A stretch of DNA of 64,000 bases from a virus, in the IMG/VR virus record IMGVR_UViG_3300047476_001402, positions 1 to 64,000 of that record. One strand, given 5' to 3'. Position numbers and translations under genes: made by a program. Numbering within the stretch: the stretch's first letter is position 1; each line of letters begins with the position of its first letter. Positions 22,676 through 30,892 of this stretch are shown in pieces. The notes beneath the pieces are model-generated. The model did not search any database. It saw only the letters and a program-made list of their open reading frames with translations, and was not told the origin of the DNA.

Positions 22676-22737
22676 AGATTACTAACAGCAACCTTAACAA
22701 CAATGATCTTTTAAATCAACACGTTAAATGTAATCTG
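22676..22737 (+). ncRNA. CAGCA-stem RNA unit 1
   Basis: AGATTAC-t-AACAGCAA ... GTAATCT-G; internal hairpin TGAT-CTTTTAA-ATCA. Confidence 0.75.
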
Positions 22738-22742
22738 CTAAA

Positions 22743-22856
22743 GAATGTCACACAGCAACAAATAAAAACTTTTTTCTATTCAAAAAACCCATCCAAGTTC
22801 GACTCTTGGAAGCGTTAACCGGCTGATTGGTAGAGGGCGAAACGGTAAGACATTCG
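22743..22856 (+). ncRNA. CAGCA-stem RNA unit 2 (T arm then D-loop-like)
   Basis: GAATGTC-a-CACAGCAA ... GACATTC-G; T arm TCCAAG-TTCGACT-CTTGGA, later TTGGTAGA. Confidence 0.8.
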
Positions 22857-22862
22857 AATATA

Positions 22863-22962
22863 AGAGTATTAACAGCAAAATTATAATATTTTCGCCAAAC
22901 ATTGAAACGAAGTGGTTCGACTCCGCCCGTAATAGCTGACGGTTCAGCGCAAACATACTCTG
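22863..22962 (+). ncRNA. CAGCA-stem RNA unit 3 (permuted tRNA elbow)
   Basis: AGAGTAT-t-AACAGCAA ... ATACTCT-G; GTGG-TTCGACT-CCGC followed by TAGCTGACGGTTCAGCG. Confidence 0.8.
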
Positions 22963-22966
22963 AAAA

Positions 22967-23089
22967 AGAATATCAACAGCATTATAAAATATATGAGCCC
23001 AATTCTAGGTCGGAGGTTCAAATCCTTCAATTCCCGCAAGGGATTTAGCTCAGGGGTAGAGCAAGAATAATATTAAAAATGATATTCTG
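22967..23089 (+). ncRNA. CAGCA-stem RNA unit 4 (complete circularly permuted tRNA, YrlA-like)
   Basis: AGAATATC-AACAGCAT ... GATATTCT-G; ATTCT, AGGTC, T arm, acceptor stem closed by GCAA, D arm TAGCTCAGGGGTAGAGCA, AGAAT. Confidence 0.85.
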
Positions 23090-23485
23090 AAATTTTACAA
23101 AAATATGGGATCACTTTTAGGAAAAATAGCAGAAGAACATAGAGACTTCGAAGAATGGTGTGAGAACAGACAATACCCATTTCCTTCTAGAGAGTTTTGG
23201 AAGCATCAGCCTTATTATGATGAGTATAAACTTCCCGAAAAATTGAAGGATGAGGAAAACCAAAAATCAAGGAAATCGTATAACGAAAAGCGTCGTAATG
23301 ATGAAGGTGATAAAATCGGTTTACTTAATGATAGATTTTTAGGAACTCCTGAAGTGGATTATACATGTGGGTGCGGACACCCTAAAGCGCGATATCTTCC
23401 CGGATTTGTTTTGACAAGTGAATACGGTTGTGCTAAATGTGGAAATGTAGTCGGAGGAGAATATTAAAAATGATATTCTGAAATT
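23069..23485 (+). repeat. 26-bp perfect direct repeat (23069-23094 and 23460-23485)
   Basis: AATATTAAAAATGATATTCTGAAATT occurs twice, flanking ORF 23105-23467. Confidence 0.85.
23105..23467 (+). CDS. hypothetical protein with C-terminal zinc ribbon
   Basis: CGCG...CAKCG; enclosed by the 26-bp repeat. Confidence 0.7.
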   Translation: MGSLLGKIAEEHRDFEEWCENRQYPFPSREFWKHQPYYDEYKLPEKLKDEENQKSRKSYNEKRRNDEGDKIGLLNDRFLGTPEVDYTCGCGHPKARYLPGFVLTSEYGCAKCGNVVGGEY

Positions 23486-23735
23486 ATTAAAAGAAAATAA
23501 TATGCAACTTAAAGAACTTTTGGCAGAAATTATGTCTGAATTAGACCAACCAATGGGAAATATTGATCTTAATAAGATACAATCTAAGATGTACCTTGTG
23601 GCAGGTCTATTGACCGACGACGATACAAAAGTTCCTGTTGAAGTATTTGACCTCTTTCCCGAGGAGTATAAGAAATCAGCTATAATATTGTATATGAAAA
23701 TGATTGCACAGACACTTGCTGAAGGATAATTAAAA

Positions 23736-23902
23736 GCCCTTGTATTCTACAAACGTAGCCATTACGTGAAATGTATTATGCATAATATATTAAAAATGGA
23801 CAACTCTTAAAGGCCGAAACAGAAATACTAGTAGTATGTTAGGATAAAGGAGTTGTATATGACGAGGATGGTAAGCTAGCTCGGACCTAGCCAAGGGCAC
23901 CA
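23736..23902 (+). ncRNA. 167-nt expanded tRNA-like RNA
   Basis: Acceptor stem GCCCTTG/CAAGGGC plus ACCA; T-like arm GCTAG-CTCGGAC-CTAGC; long internal hairpins. Confidence 0.75.
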
Positions 23903-24566
23903 ATTTTAAAAATAATGAAACCAAAGATTATAGGATATGAAAAAGATGGTAAATTCTATGGAATTGCCACACATCTAGGAGGAGTTTATGTTAGTAGAGC
24001 AGATATTAATATCTATTATGTTAATGATAAGCAACTTTTAAAAGATTTCGAATCGGCAAAACTTTTGGTTCAAGGTAAGGTGTACAGAGAAGGAATGTCA
24101 TTGAAATTGAATAAAGAGGAATTAGAATCGTTTGGGCGGGGTAGACTTTTTATTTCAACTGTAAGAAATGCAAAAGAATTTAAGATAGCGGAGAAATATC
24201 CATCAGATAGCACAAGAACAGTTGCATTAAGAGCACAATTTAAATTGACAACCGAACAAGGAGTGATATAGTCGAGTATGACAATAACAACAAAACTAAA
24301 TATTGGCGATACATTTTGGATTCCTTTTAATCTCAATGGTGAAATTGTCGCCCTCGATTTAAAGGTTAAAAAGATTGGAATCACCGATGAAGGAATTTTT
24401 TATTTAGGAGATGCAGGATCATTCCCCTATCCTGAAAGGGCGATCTTCAAAACTGAGCAAGGCGCACTGAAAACTTGTTTCGAAGAGTGGAAAGAAAAAA
24501 AGAAATCTAACTACTACTGTATTTAAAAAAAAACAATGAATAGTAAGTAGTGTAAAGTTAGATATA

Positions 24567-24624
24567 GAGAGATAAACAGCAATTAAAAAAACTTTTTATT
24601 GGAAAAAAACAAAAACGTCTCTCG
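24567..24624 (+). ncRNA. CAGCA-stem RNA unit 5
   Basis: GAGAGAT-a-AACAGCAA ... GTCTCTC-G; internal TTTTT-ATTGGAA-AAAAA. Confidence 0.75.
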
Positions 24625-24628
24625 GATA

Positions 24629-24753
24629 AGGTTCACATCAGCAAAATAATACAAGACTCTTATTGTTATAAAGCAAGCCGATCTGGTGCAATCCCGGTAA
24701 TTGTGTAAGGCATCTACAAGCTCTAGTGGGCAGGAAAAAGATCCATGAACCTG
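24629..24753 (+). ncRNA. CAGCA-stem RNA unit 6
   Basis: AGGTTCA-c-ATCAGCAA ... TGAACCT-G; T-loop-like CTGG-TGCAATC-CCGG, later GCTCTAGTGGG. Confidence 0.75.
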
Positions 24754-24756
24754 AAA

Positions 24757-24827
24757 AAGTCTTTGTCAGCATCTTAAACTCTTCTTTCAAAAACATCGAA
24801 ATGTCCAGAAGGCATTTCAAAGACTTG
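24757..24827 (+). ncRNA. CAGCA-stem RNA unit 7
   Basis: AAGTCTTTG-TCAGCAT ... CAAAGACTT-G; CTTTCAA loop and GAAATGTC/GGCATTTC hairpin. Confidence 0.75.
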
Positions 24828-24831
24828 GATA

Positions 24832-24975
24832 AAATCATCAACAGCATATAAACTTCTATGTAAATAATTATCCTAACGGGTGTCCTCGTTCAAGTCGGGG
24901 GTGTGGAGCATATAGAGATAAAAATTCCACATTGGCGGAATGGTAGACGCGATTAAGAAAAAAGATGATGATTTG
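24832..24975 (+). ncRNA. CAGCA-stem RNA unit 8 (circularly permuted class II, Leu-like tRNA)
   Basis: AAATCATC-AACAGCAT ... GATGATTT-G; V arm ATCC-TAAC-GGGT, T arm CCTCG-TTCAAGT-CGGGG, acceptor GTGTGGA/TCCACAT, D arm TGGCGGAATGGTAGACGC. Confidence 0.85.
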
Positions 24976-24979
24976 AATA

Positions 24980-25163
24980 AAAATTCTAACAGCAATAAAT
25001 TATATCACATAACGGCTCTAAGGTACTACAGTCGGGAAACCGATGCCGGGACGGTCTAATAAATGCTCGCTAAGTCGAAAGATATGCGAGAAAGACGGGA
25101 CAAAGGAGGAAAAGCTTAATGCTCCCTTATCTGTCAGCCATACACAATATAAATAGAATTTTG
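24980..25163 (+). ncRNA. CAGCA-stem RNA unit 9 (large multi-hairpin payload)
   Basis: AAAATTCT-AACAGCAA ... AGAATTTT-G; GAAA-capped hairpins TCGG-GAAA-CCGA and CTCGC..GAAA..GCGAG. Confidence 0.7.
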
Positions 25164-25203
25164 ACCATAGTAACATTGTCCTTGTTGCTAGCGGTTTTTG
25201 GCC

Positions 25204-25238
25204 AAAAACCCGTAAGATTAACATCTTACGGGTTTTTT
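25204..25238 (+). terminator. intrinsic terminator closing array 2
   Basis: AAAAACCCGTAAGAT-TAAC-ATCTTACGGGTTTTTT. Confidence 0.85.
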
Positions 25239-25355
25239 ATTACACACCTTAAAAATAATAATTTCGAGAAATGCACTTTTTGCATTTTTGGGGTAGAATT
25301 CGAAGGTTCGAAAGTTTACATTAAGGCTAGTAAACTAGTAAATAAATTAACGTAA

Positions 25356-27695
25356 ATGAGTAACCTAAACATGGATATAACGATAAAAAAACGCAACGGA
25401 CAGATAGAAAAATTTGATGCAGAGAAGGTAAATAAGGTTGTAGAATGGGCTACTAAAAATGTTTCGGGAATATCGGCTAATGATATTCTTATGAATGCCA
25501 ATATAAACTTCTATGATGGTATAAGTTCGAAAGAAATACATGATTCATTGATTAAATCCGCAGAAGATTTGATTTCAATTGACCATCCTAACTATACAAC
25601 CGTAACAGCCCGACTACTCACATATGGATTGCGAAAAGAAGTATGGGGTGGTAATAGACCACCTCGATTAATTGATCATATTAAAAATTGTGTATCTATA
25701 GGAGTTTATACAGATGAACTTCTTACAAAATATACAGAAGATGAAATTAATAAAATAGATAAGTGGATTGACCATTCCTTAGACGAAACTATGTTTGATT
25801 TTGCTGGTATGAACCACATGCTCAAAACAGCACTTGTCCAAGATCGTGTAAATAAAAAAGTTTATGAAACACCACAGTTCGCATTTATGTGTATTGGTAT
25901 GGTCCATTTTGCAGATTATGAATCTGCAAGGAAATTACAATTCGTAAAAGAATTTTATGAAGCTGTTTCTCATAGAAAATTAAATATTCCTACTCCAATG
26001 CTTACTCGCTGGAGAACAAATGCAAAATCGGGTGCATCTTGTTGTTTGATCCAAGTAGATGATACCTCCGATTCTATATTTTCTTCTGCACATTTAATGG
26101 CAAATGCAACAAGTTACGGATATGGTATCGGATTAGATTTTAGCCGTATTCGTGGTATGGGGAGTCCTGTTAAGAACGGAGAAACAGTGCATAGCGGGGT
26201 TATACCGTACCTAAAGGTATTCCAAGACTCCATTAAGTCTCAACAGCAAGGAGGGGCACGTAGAGGGGCAGGAACGGCAACTGCACCAATCTTTCATTGG
26301 GAAATCGAAAGCATTCTTCAACTGAAGAATGTAGGAGGTACTGAATATAACAGAGTTCGTCACTTGGATTATTGTATTGCAATATCTAAATTATTCTACG
26401 AACGTTGGACCAATGATGAAAATATTACATTATTTTCATATCACGAAGTTCCTGAAGTTTTTGATTCATTTGGAATGCCAGAATTTGATGATCTATATAT
26501 TAAGGCCGAAAATAATCCAAATCTCAAATTTAAAAAGAGTGTTCCTGCAAATGAATTATTTGATTCTCTTATCAAAGAAAGAATTGAAACAAATAGAATT
26601 TATATTTTAAATATAGACCTTGCTAATGAATTTTCTCCTTGGATGGATAGAGTATCTATGACAAACCTTTGTGTTGAAGTTTTGCATCCTACTATTCCGT
26701 GTCAATATCTTAATGATCCTAATGGGGAGATTGGAACCTGTCTATTAGCAGCGACTAACATGGTTAATATAAAATCCGACGAAGATCATCGAAAGGTTTG
26801 CCATTTAGCAGTTAGGATGTTGGATGACATGATCGAACGTCAAATTTATTTTGCTCCTGCTGCTGAGAGATTTACAAAGAATAAACGGTCATTAGGAATT
26901 GGTATTACAAACCTTGCTGGATGGCTTGCAACTAAAGGATTAAACCACGATTCTCCAGAATCTCCGAATGTAATTGATGAGTTCATGGAAAAACAGCAAT
27001 ATTATCTTATGGAAGCATCTTGGATGCTTGCAAAGGAGAAAGGGAAAGCACCTGATTGGAATCGTAGTAAATACGCCCATGGTTATTCTAAATTAGACTT
27101 ATATAAGAAGGATATTGATGAAGTGGTCACTAGAAAACCTACATTAGATTGGAAAACTCTTATGGAAAATATCTGGAAAGACGGTATGCGTAATATGACT
27201 CTTTCTTGTGCAATGCCTTGTGAGAAATCATCTCTTATGCAAAATTCTACAAATGGTATGGAACCTATTATTCAATTGTTTCAATTTAAAGATGATAGAC
27301 AAGGATCTGCCGCATGGATTGCTCCTGGTGCTAAGAAATATGGGAAATATTACAAATCAGCATACGATTGTTCTAATGAGAATATTATTAAATGCGTTGC
27401 CGCAGTGATGAAATGGCTATGTATGAGTGCTTCTGGGAATCATTATTATAACTATGGTAACTATGAGGATAATAAACTTGAATCTACGGATGTTGCATAT
27501 GATATTCTTCTATCTTATAAATACGGATGGAAAACATTGTATTATGCTAAAAACAAACAGGTTGTGAATAAAGACACCACTCTAGATGAAAACCCCAAGT
27601 TCAACGTAACTAAATATGATCCTAATACTAAAGATGTTCGAGAAGAAGCGCCCAATTGGGATTTAGGATGTGCTGGGGGTGCATGTTCTCTTTAA
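25356..27695 (+). CDS. nrdA: class Ia ribonucleotide reductase alpha subunit
   Basis: N-terminal ATP cone (KRNG..EKFD), YETPQ, SCCL, TNLCVE and C-terminal CAGGACSL. Confidence 0.97.
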   Translation: MSNLNMDITIKKRNGQIEKFDAEKVNKVVEWATKNVSGISANDILMNANINFYDGISSKEIHDSLIKSAEDLISIDHPNYTTVTARLLTYGLRKEVWGGNRPPRLIDHIKNCVSIGVYTDELLTKYTEDEINKIDKWIDHSLDETMFDFAGMNHMLKTALVQDRVNKKVYETPQFAFMCIGMVHFADYESARKLQFVKEFYEAVSHRKLNIPTPMLTRWRTNAKSGASCCLIQVDDTSDSIFSSAHLMANATSYGYGIGLDFSRIRGMGSPVKNGETVHSGVIPYLKVFQDSIKSQQQGGARRGAGTATAPIFHWEIESILQLKNVGGTEYNRVRHLDYCIAISKLFYERWTNDENITLFSYHEVPEVFDSFGMPEFDDLYIKAENNPNLKFKKSVPANELFDSLIKERIETNRIYILNIDLANEFSPWMDRVSMTNLCVEVLHPTIPCQYLNDPNGEIGTCLLAATNMVNIKSDEDHRKVCHLAVRMLDDMIERQIYFAPAAERFTKNKRSLGIGITNLAGWLATKGLNHDSPESPNVIDEFMEKQQYYLMEASWMLAKEKGKAPDWNRSKYAHGYSKLDLYKKDIDEVVTRKPTLDWKTLMENIWKDGMRNMTLSCAMPCEKSSLMQNSTNGMEPIIQLFQFKDDRQGSAAWIAPGAKKYGKYYKSAYDCSNENIIKCVAAVMKWLCMSASGNHYYNYGNYEDNKLESTDVAYDILLSYKYGWKTLYYAKNKQVVNKDTTLDENPKFNVTKYDPNTKDVREEAPNWDLGCAGGACSL

Positions 27696-27706
27696 TTTTT
27701 TAAAAT

Positions 27707-28768
27707 ATGAAAAGTGTATATAATAAAACAATCGTTCCTGTAAATGAACGCAGAATGTTCCTTGGACCTGAATTAAATCTACAAAGGTTTGATGTATTCA
27801 AATATAAGAAATTTTATGACTTATATCAGGAACAAAAATCTGCATTCTGGAATCCAGAGGAAATCGATTTCTCTGGGGAAGCTGCGAAAATAGAATCTAT
27901 GACTCCAACAGAGAAATGGATATTTGAAAATAATTTAATGTGGCAAACTGCAACAGATTCTGTGCTGAGTCGGGGTATTAATGAAATTACAAAATATATT
28001 ACATTACCAGAATTAGAGGCAGCGTGTTCATATTGGCAATTTTGTGAAGTTCTCCATAGTGAATCTTATACCCATGCATTAAAGGGTATGACTAAGAATC
28101 CACAGGAGTTTTTCGATTCTATTATCGTTAATGAGGAGATCAACAAGCGTTCTACGGAAGTAACTAATGCATTTGATAATTTACTAGGGGTTTCTGATAA
28201 GAATTTACCTGAACAAATTTTCAAAACTATTATCTCAACACAGATCGCAGAAGGTTTAAATTTTCATGTATCATTTTTGTTCTCTTTCTGGTTTGGAAAA
28301 CAGGGTAAAGCGCCACAGATGGCAAAGATTATTCGTCTTATTAATAAGGACGAAAGCTTACATGTGGCGATAACACAGAACATTATAAAAAACTGGAGAA
28401 CAAATCCAGAGGAAGGTTTTAAAGATATAATAGATAAAAATACGGATCTTATCTATGGAATGTTCGAGACTGGAGTACAATGTGAAAAGGATTGGGCTAG
28501 TTATCTATTTTCTAAGGGTAGCTTAATCGGATTTAATGAATCTAATGTTCATGATTATATTGAATGGTTAGCAAATAATCGTCTTTCAAGTCTTGGATAT
28601 GATAAAATATTTGAATGTAAAAAGAATCCTATCGGAACTTGGTTGCTAGAGTATCTCGATCCCACATTAGCACAATCGGCACCACAGGAACAGAATCTTA
28701 CCACGTACCAAATTGGTAGTAGGAATAATACATTAGATAAATCAAAGCTTAAAAGAATTACTTTATGA
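27707..28768 (+). CDS. nrdB: ribonucleotide reductase beta subunit
   Basis: FWNPEEI, EVLHSESY, EG..F..SF, DESLH, APQE. Confidence 0.95.
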   Translation: MKSVYNKTIVPVNERRMFLGPELNLQRFDVFKYKKFYDLYQEQKSAFWNPEEIDFSGEAAKIESMTPTEKWIFENNLMWQTATDSVLSRGINEITKYITLPELEAACSYWQFCEVLHSESYTHALKGMTKNPQEFFDSIIVNEEINKRSTEVTNAFDNLLGVSDKNLPEQIFKTIISTQIAEGLNFHVSFLFSFWFGKQGKAPQMAKIIRLINKDESLHVAITQNIIKNWRTNPEEGFKDIIDKNTDLIYGMFETGVQCEKDWASYLFSKGSLIGFNESNVHDYIEWLANNRLSSLGYDKIFECKKNPIGTWLLEYLDPTLAQSAPQEQNLTTYQIGSRNNTLDKSKLKRITL

Positions 28769-28896
28769 AATATAAAGAAACTTGGGCAGAAAAGGTTTGT
28801 AGGGAAACCCGTTCGATTTGTAATAAATTAACTGATAAAGAACGGGCAGATTTACTTCGAAAAGCAAAGTCTATAATAAACTCCAAAGGTTAAAAT

Positions 28897-28939
28897 AAAA
28901 AAGAGAGTACTTGACGGGTACTCTCTTTTTTTGTATAGT
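28897..28939 (+). terminator. terminator hairpin overlapping the next promoter
   Basis: AAAAAAGAGAGTAC-TTGACGG-GTACTCTCTTTTTTT; TTGACG in the loop is 17 nt from TATAGT. Confidence 0.7.
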
Positions 28940-29453
28940 GATACACCTATGAGTCGAACAATTACAATTCCAGTCGTAACACGAACACAAGATAATGGTG
29001 ATGGTGGATATACTACTTATGTTTATAATAACAATGATGAACTTATCAAAGATCACCCCAAATCGACTAAATCTGTATTTATCGGTAATTCTAGACAATA
29101 TGTTGATGTGCATCTGACTCAAAAAGAAATTGACGATATCTTAAACGAGGACGATCCTTATAAAAATGGTTATATCGGAAAATCTACCATTTCTATTGAG
29201 ATTGATGAAAACGGAGTTGCGAAACTTGCCAAATCTTGTAGTTTTCATGCAGGACAATAATTATGTGGCCTTTTAAATCAAAAAAGAAACCAATTCTTCG
29301 AGTTATTTCCAGAGAATATCTAGGAAGAATTATAGAACCTGCTGATTATGGTTACGGGATGGGAACCGATCTTGATGTATATGATAAATATGCCGTGACT
29401 TATCAAGATGTGGAAACTGGAGAAACATTTGTAACAGAAGAATTGAGTCTAGG

Positions 29454-29861
29454 GTGAAATTTCTAACTTGGCGACAAAAATTAGGTCGAACTGAGTGCCC
29501 ATACATGGAAAGATGGGTTTTAAATTTTGGTCTATTTTCTATACGTCTTCATCATTGGTTTTACGGAGATGATCCGAGACATTTTCATGATCATCCATGG
29601 AACTTTATCGTATGTGTTTTAAAAGGACAATATTGGGATGTGAATCCTGTTGGTCGGGAATTGATGAATGTAGGACGAATTGTATTTCGAAAAGCGGAAC
29701 ATCGCCACACAGTCGAAACGCAAGGCGTGTGGACGTTATTATTAACTGGTCCTGAAAAAAGAGAATGGGGATTCTGGTTAAAGAATAAAACTGGAAAAGA
29801 TATTTGGTTTAAAGCAAAAAGATACTTCATTAAAAAAGGTCATCATCCATGTGAAAAGTGA
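29454..29861 (+). CDS. cupin-like protein
   Basis: HFHDHPW...G.Y....H.H.V...WTLLLTGP..REWGF. Confidence 0.6.
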   Translation: MKFLTWRQKLGRTECPYMERWVLNFGLFSIRLHHWFYGDDPRHFHDHPWNFIVCVLKGQYWDVNPVGRELMNVGRIVFRKAEHRHTVETQGVWTLLLTGPEKREWGFWLKNKTGKDIWFKAKRYFIKKGHHPCEK

Positions 29862-29895
29862 TTGACACACAGCGAAAATCACACCATACTATACA

Positions 29896-30870
29896 ATGAC
29901 TTTTCATCAAATTGCACAAAGCATTCGAAACGGTAAAATGACACTTGAACACCAAGGACATTGGGGATGTTCAGACGTAAAACAATATGAGAAAGTTAAA
30001 ACAGATATCTTTGAACGTATTTTAGAAAAATACGATGATGATCTTGAAAAATCAAAGGGTTCATATGATGGCAAATGGTCATCACAACCAAATGAAAAAA
30101 GGGCACAGAAAGATATTGATAAAGATATGCGCGATTTCTATTCACGCGATCTTGATAGAGATTATAGCATAGAGTTTCGAGGCGATTTATCACATATTCG
30201 TTATGAATATACATGCTTTCATTGCGGAGAGAGAATATTCTTCTATGCTCCTGAACCCGATAAATTGGTAGCTTTTACAAGTTATAAAGGATATACAAAT
30301 GGAGTGCAGAAACCTTGTATTCTCCCTCGTCACGATCCTTATGAAGGTACTATTAAGGTCGATAGTGACATGATATTCACAAATTATTTTGGAGATGGTA
30401 ATGCCCCTCATCTCAGTGCAGACACGCCTAGTGAACTCGAAACAGGGAAACGTGACTGGAGTGAAGAATATTCATTAAATGCTAGTATTGGTCGTATCCG
30501 AATTGCTGATTTTAAATCAAAAATTTTAAATGTTGCATATGGACAGATGGGAAATATGTCTATAGGAGTTTATGTAAATGATACTGGAACTAAGATCATT
30601 CTCGATAATCCGTGGGATAATGAGATTGAAGGATTTACGAAAATTGGAGATAATATTTCTCTATCAGTGTGGCGATACGAAGCCACTGATATGACTACAT
30701 TAAAATTAGACAATTCTAATTATGATGAATTTATCAAGAAAAGTGATGAACGTTATCTTGATATTATTAGAGTACCTGTAAAACATGGTATTTGGAAATT
30801 TACACATTATTATGATGCGTGTGAAGATTCGAAGCATTATGCGGTTTTTGAGCTTGACATTAAGAAGTAA
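29896..30870 (+). CDS. hypothetical protein
   Basis: 324-aa ORF after a TTGACA promoter; one CxxC. Confidence 0.7.
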   Translation: MTFHQIAQSIRNGKMTLEHQGHWGCSDVKQYEKVKTDIFERILEKYDDDLEKSKGSYDGKWSSQPNEKRAQKDIDKDMRDFYSRDLDRDYSIEFRGDLSHIRYEYTCFHCGERIFFYAPEPDKLVAFTSYKGYTNGVQKPCILPRHDPYEGTIKVDSDMIFTNYFGDGNAPHLSADTPSELETGKRDWSEEYSLNASIGRIRIADFKSKILNVAYGQMGNMSIGVYVNDTGTKIILDNPWDNEIEGFTKIGDNISLSVWRYEATDMTTLKLDNSNYDEFIKKSDERYLDIIRVPVKHGIWKFTHYYDACEDSKHYAVFELDIKK

Positions 30871-30892
30871 AAGGGTTAATGTAAAGGATAAT

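Noticed and set aside
22676-25163. CRISPR array interpretation of the repeated CAGCA units
   Set aside because: Only about 5-8 nt are shared, unit lengths range from 58 to 184 nt, the flanks covary as stems rather than repeat, and no cas gene is in the window.
24638-25355. Track ORFs 24638-24847 (-), 25018-25224 (-) and 25119-25355 (+)
   Set aside because: They overlap structured RNA units or a terminator, two run against the local strand, and none has a motif; likely spurious.
25356-28768. Intron or intein in nrdA or nrdB
   Set aside because: Both ORFs are continuous and of normal length.
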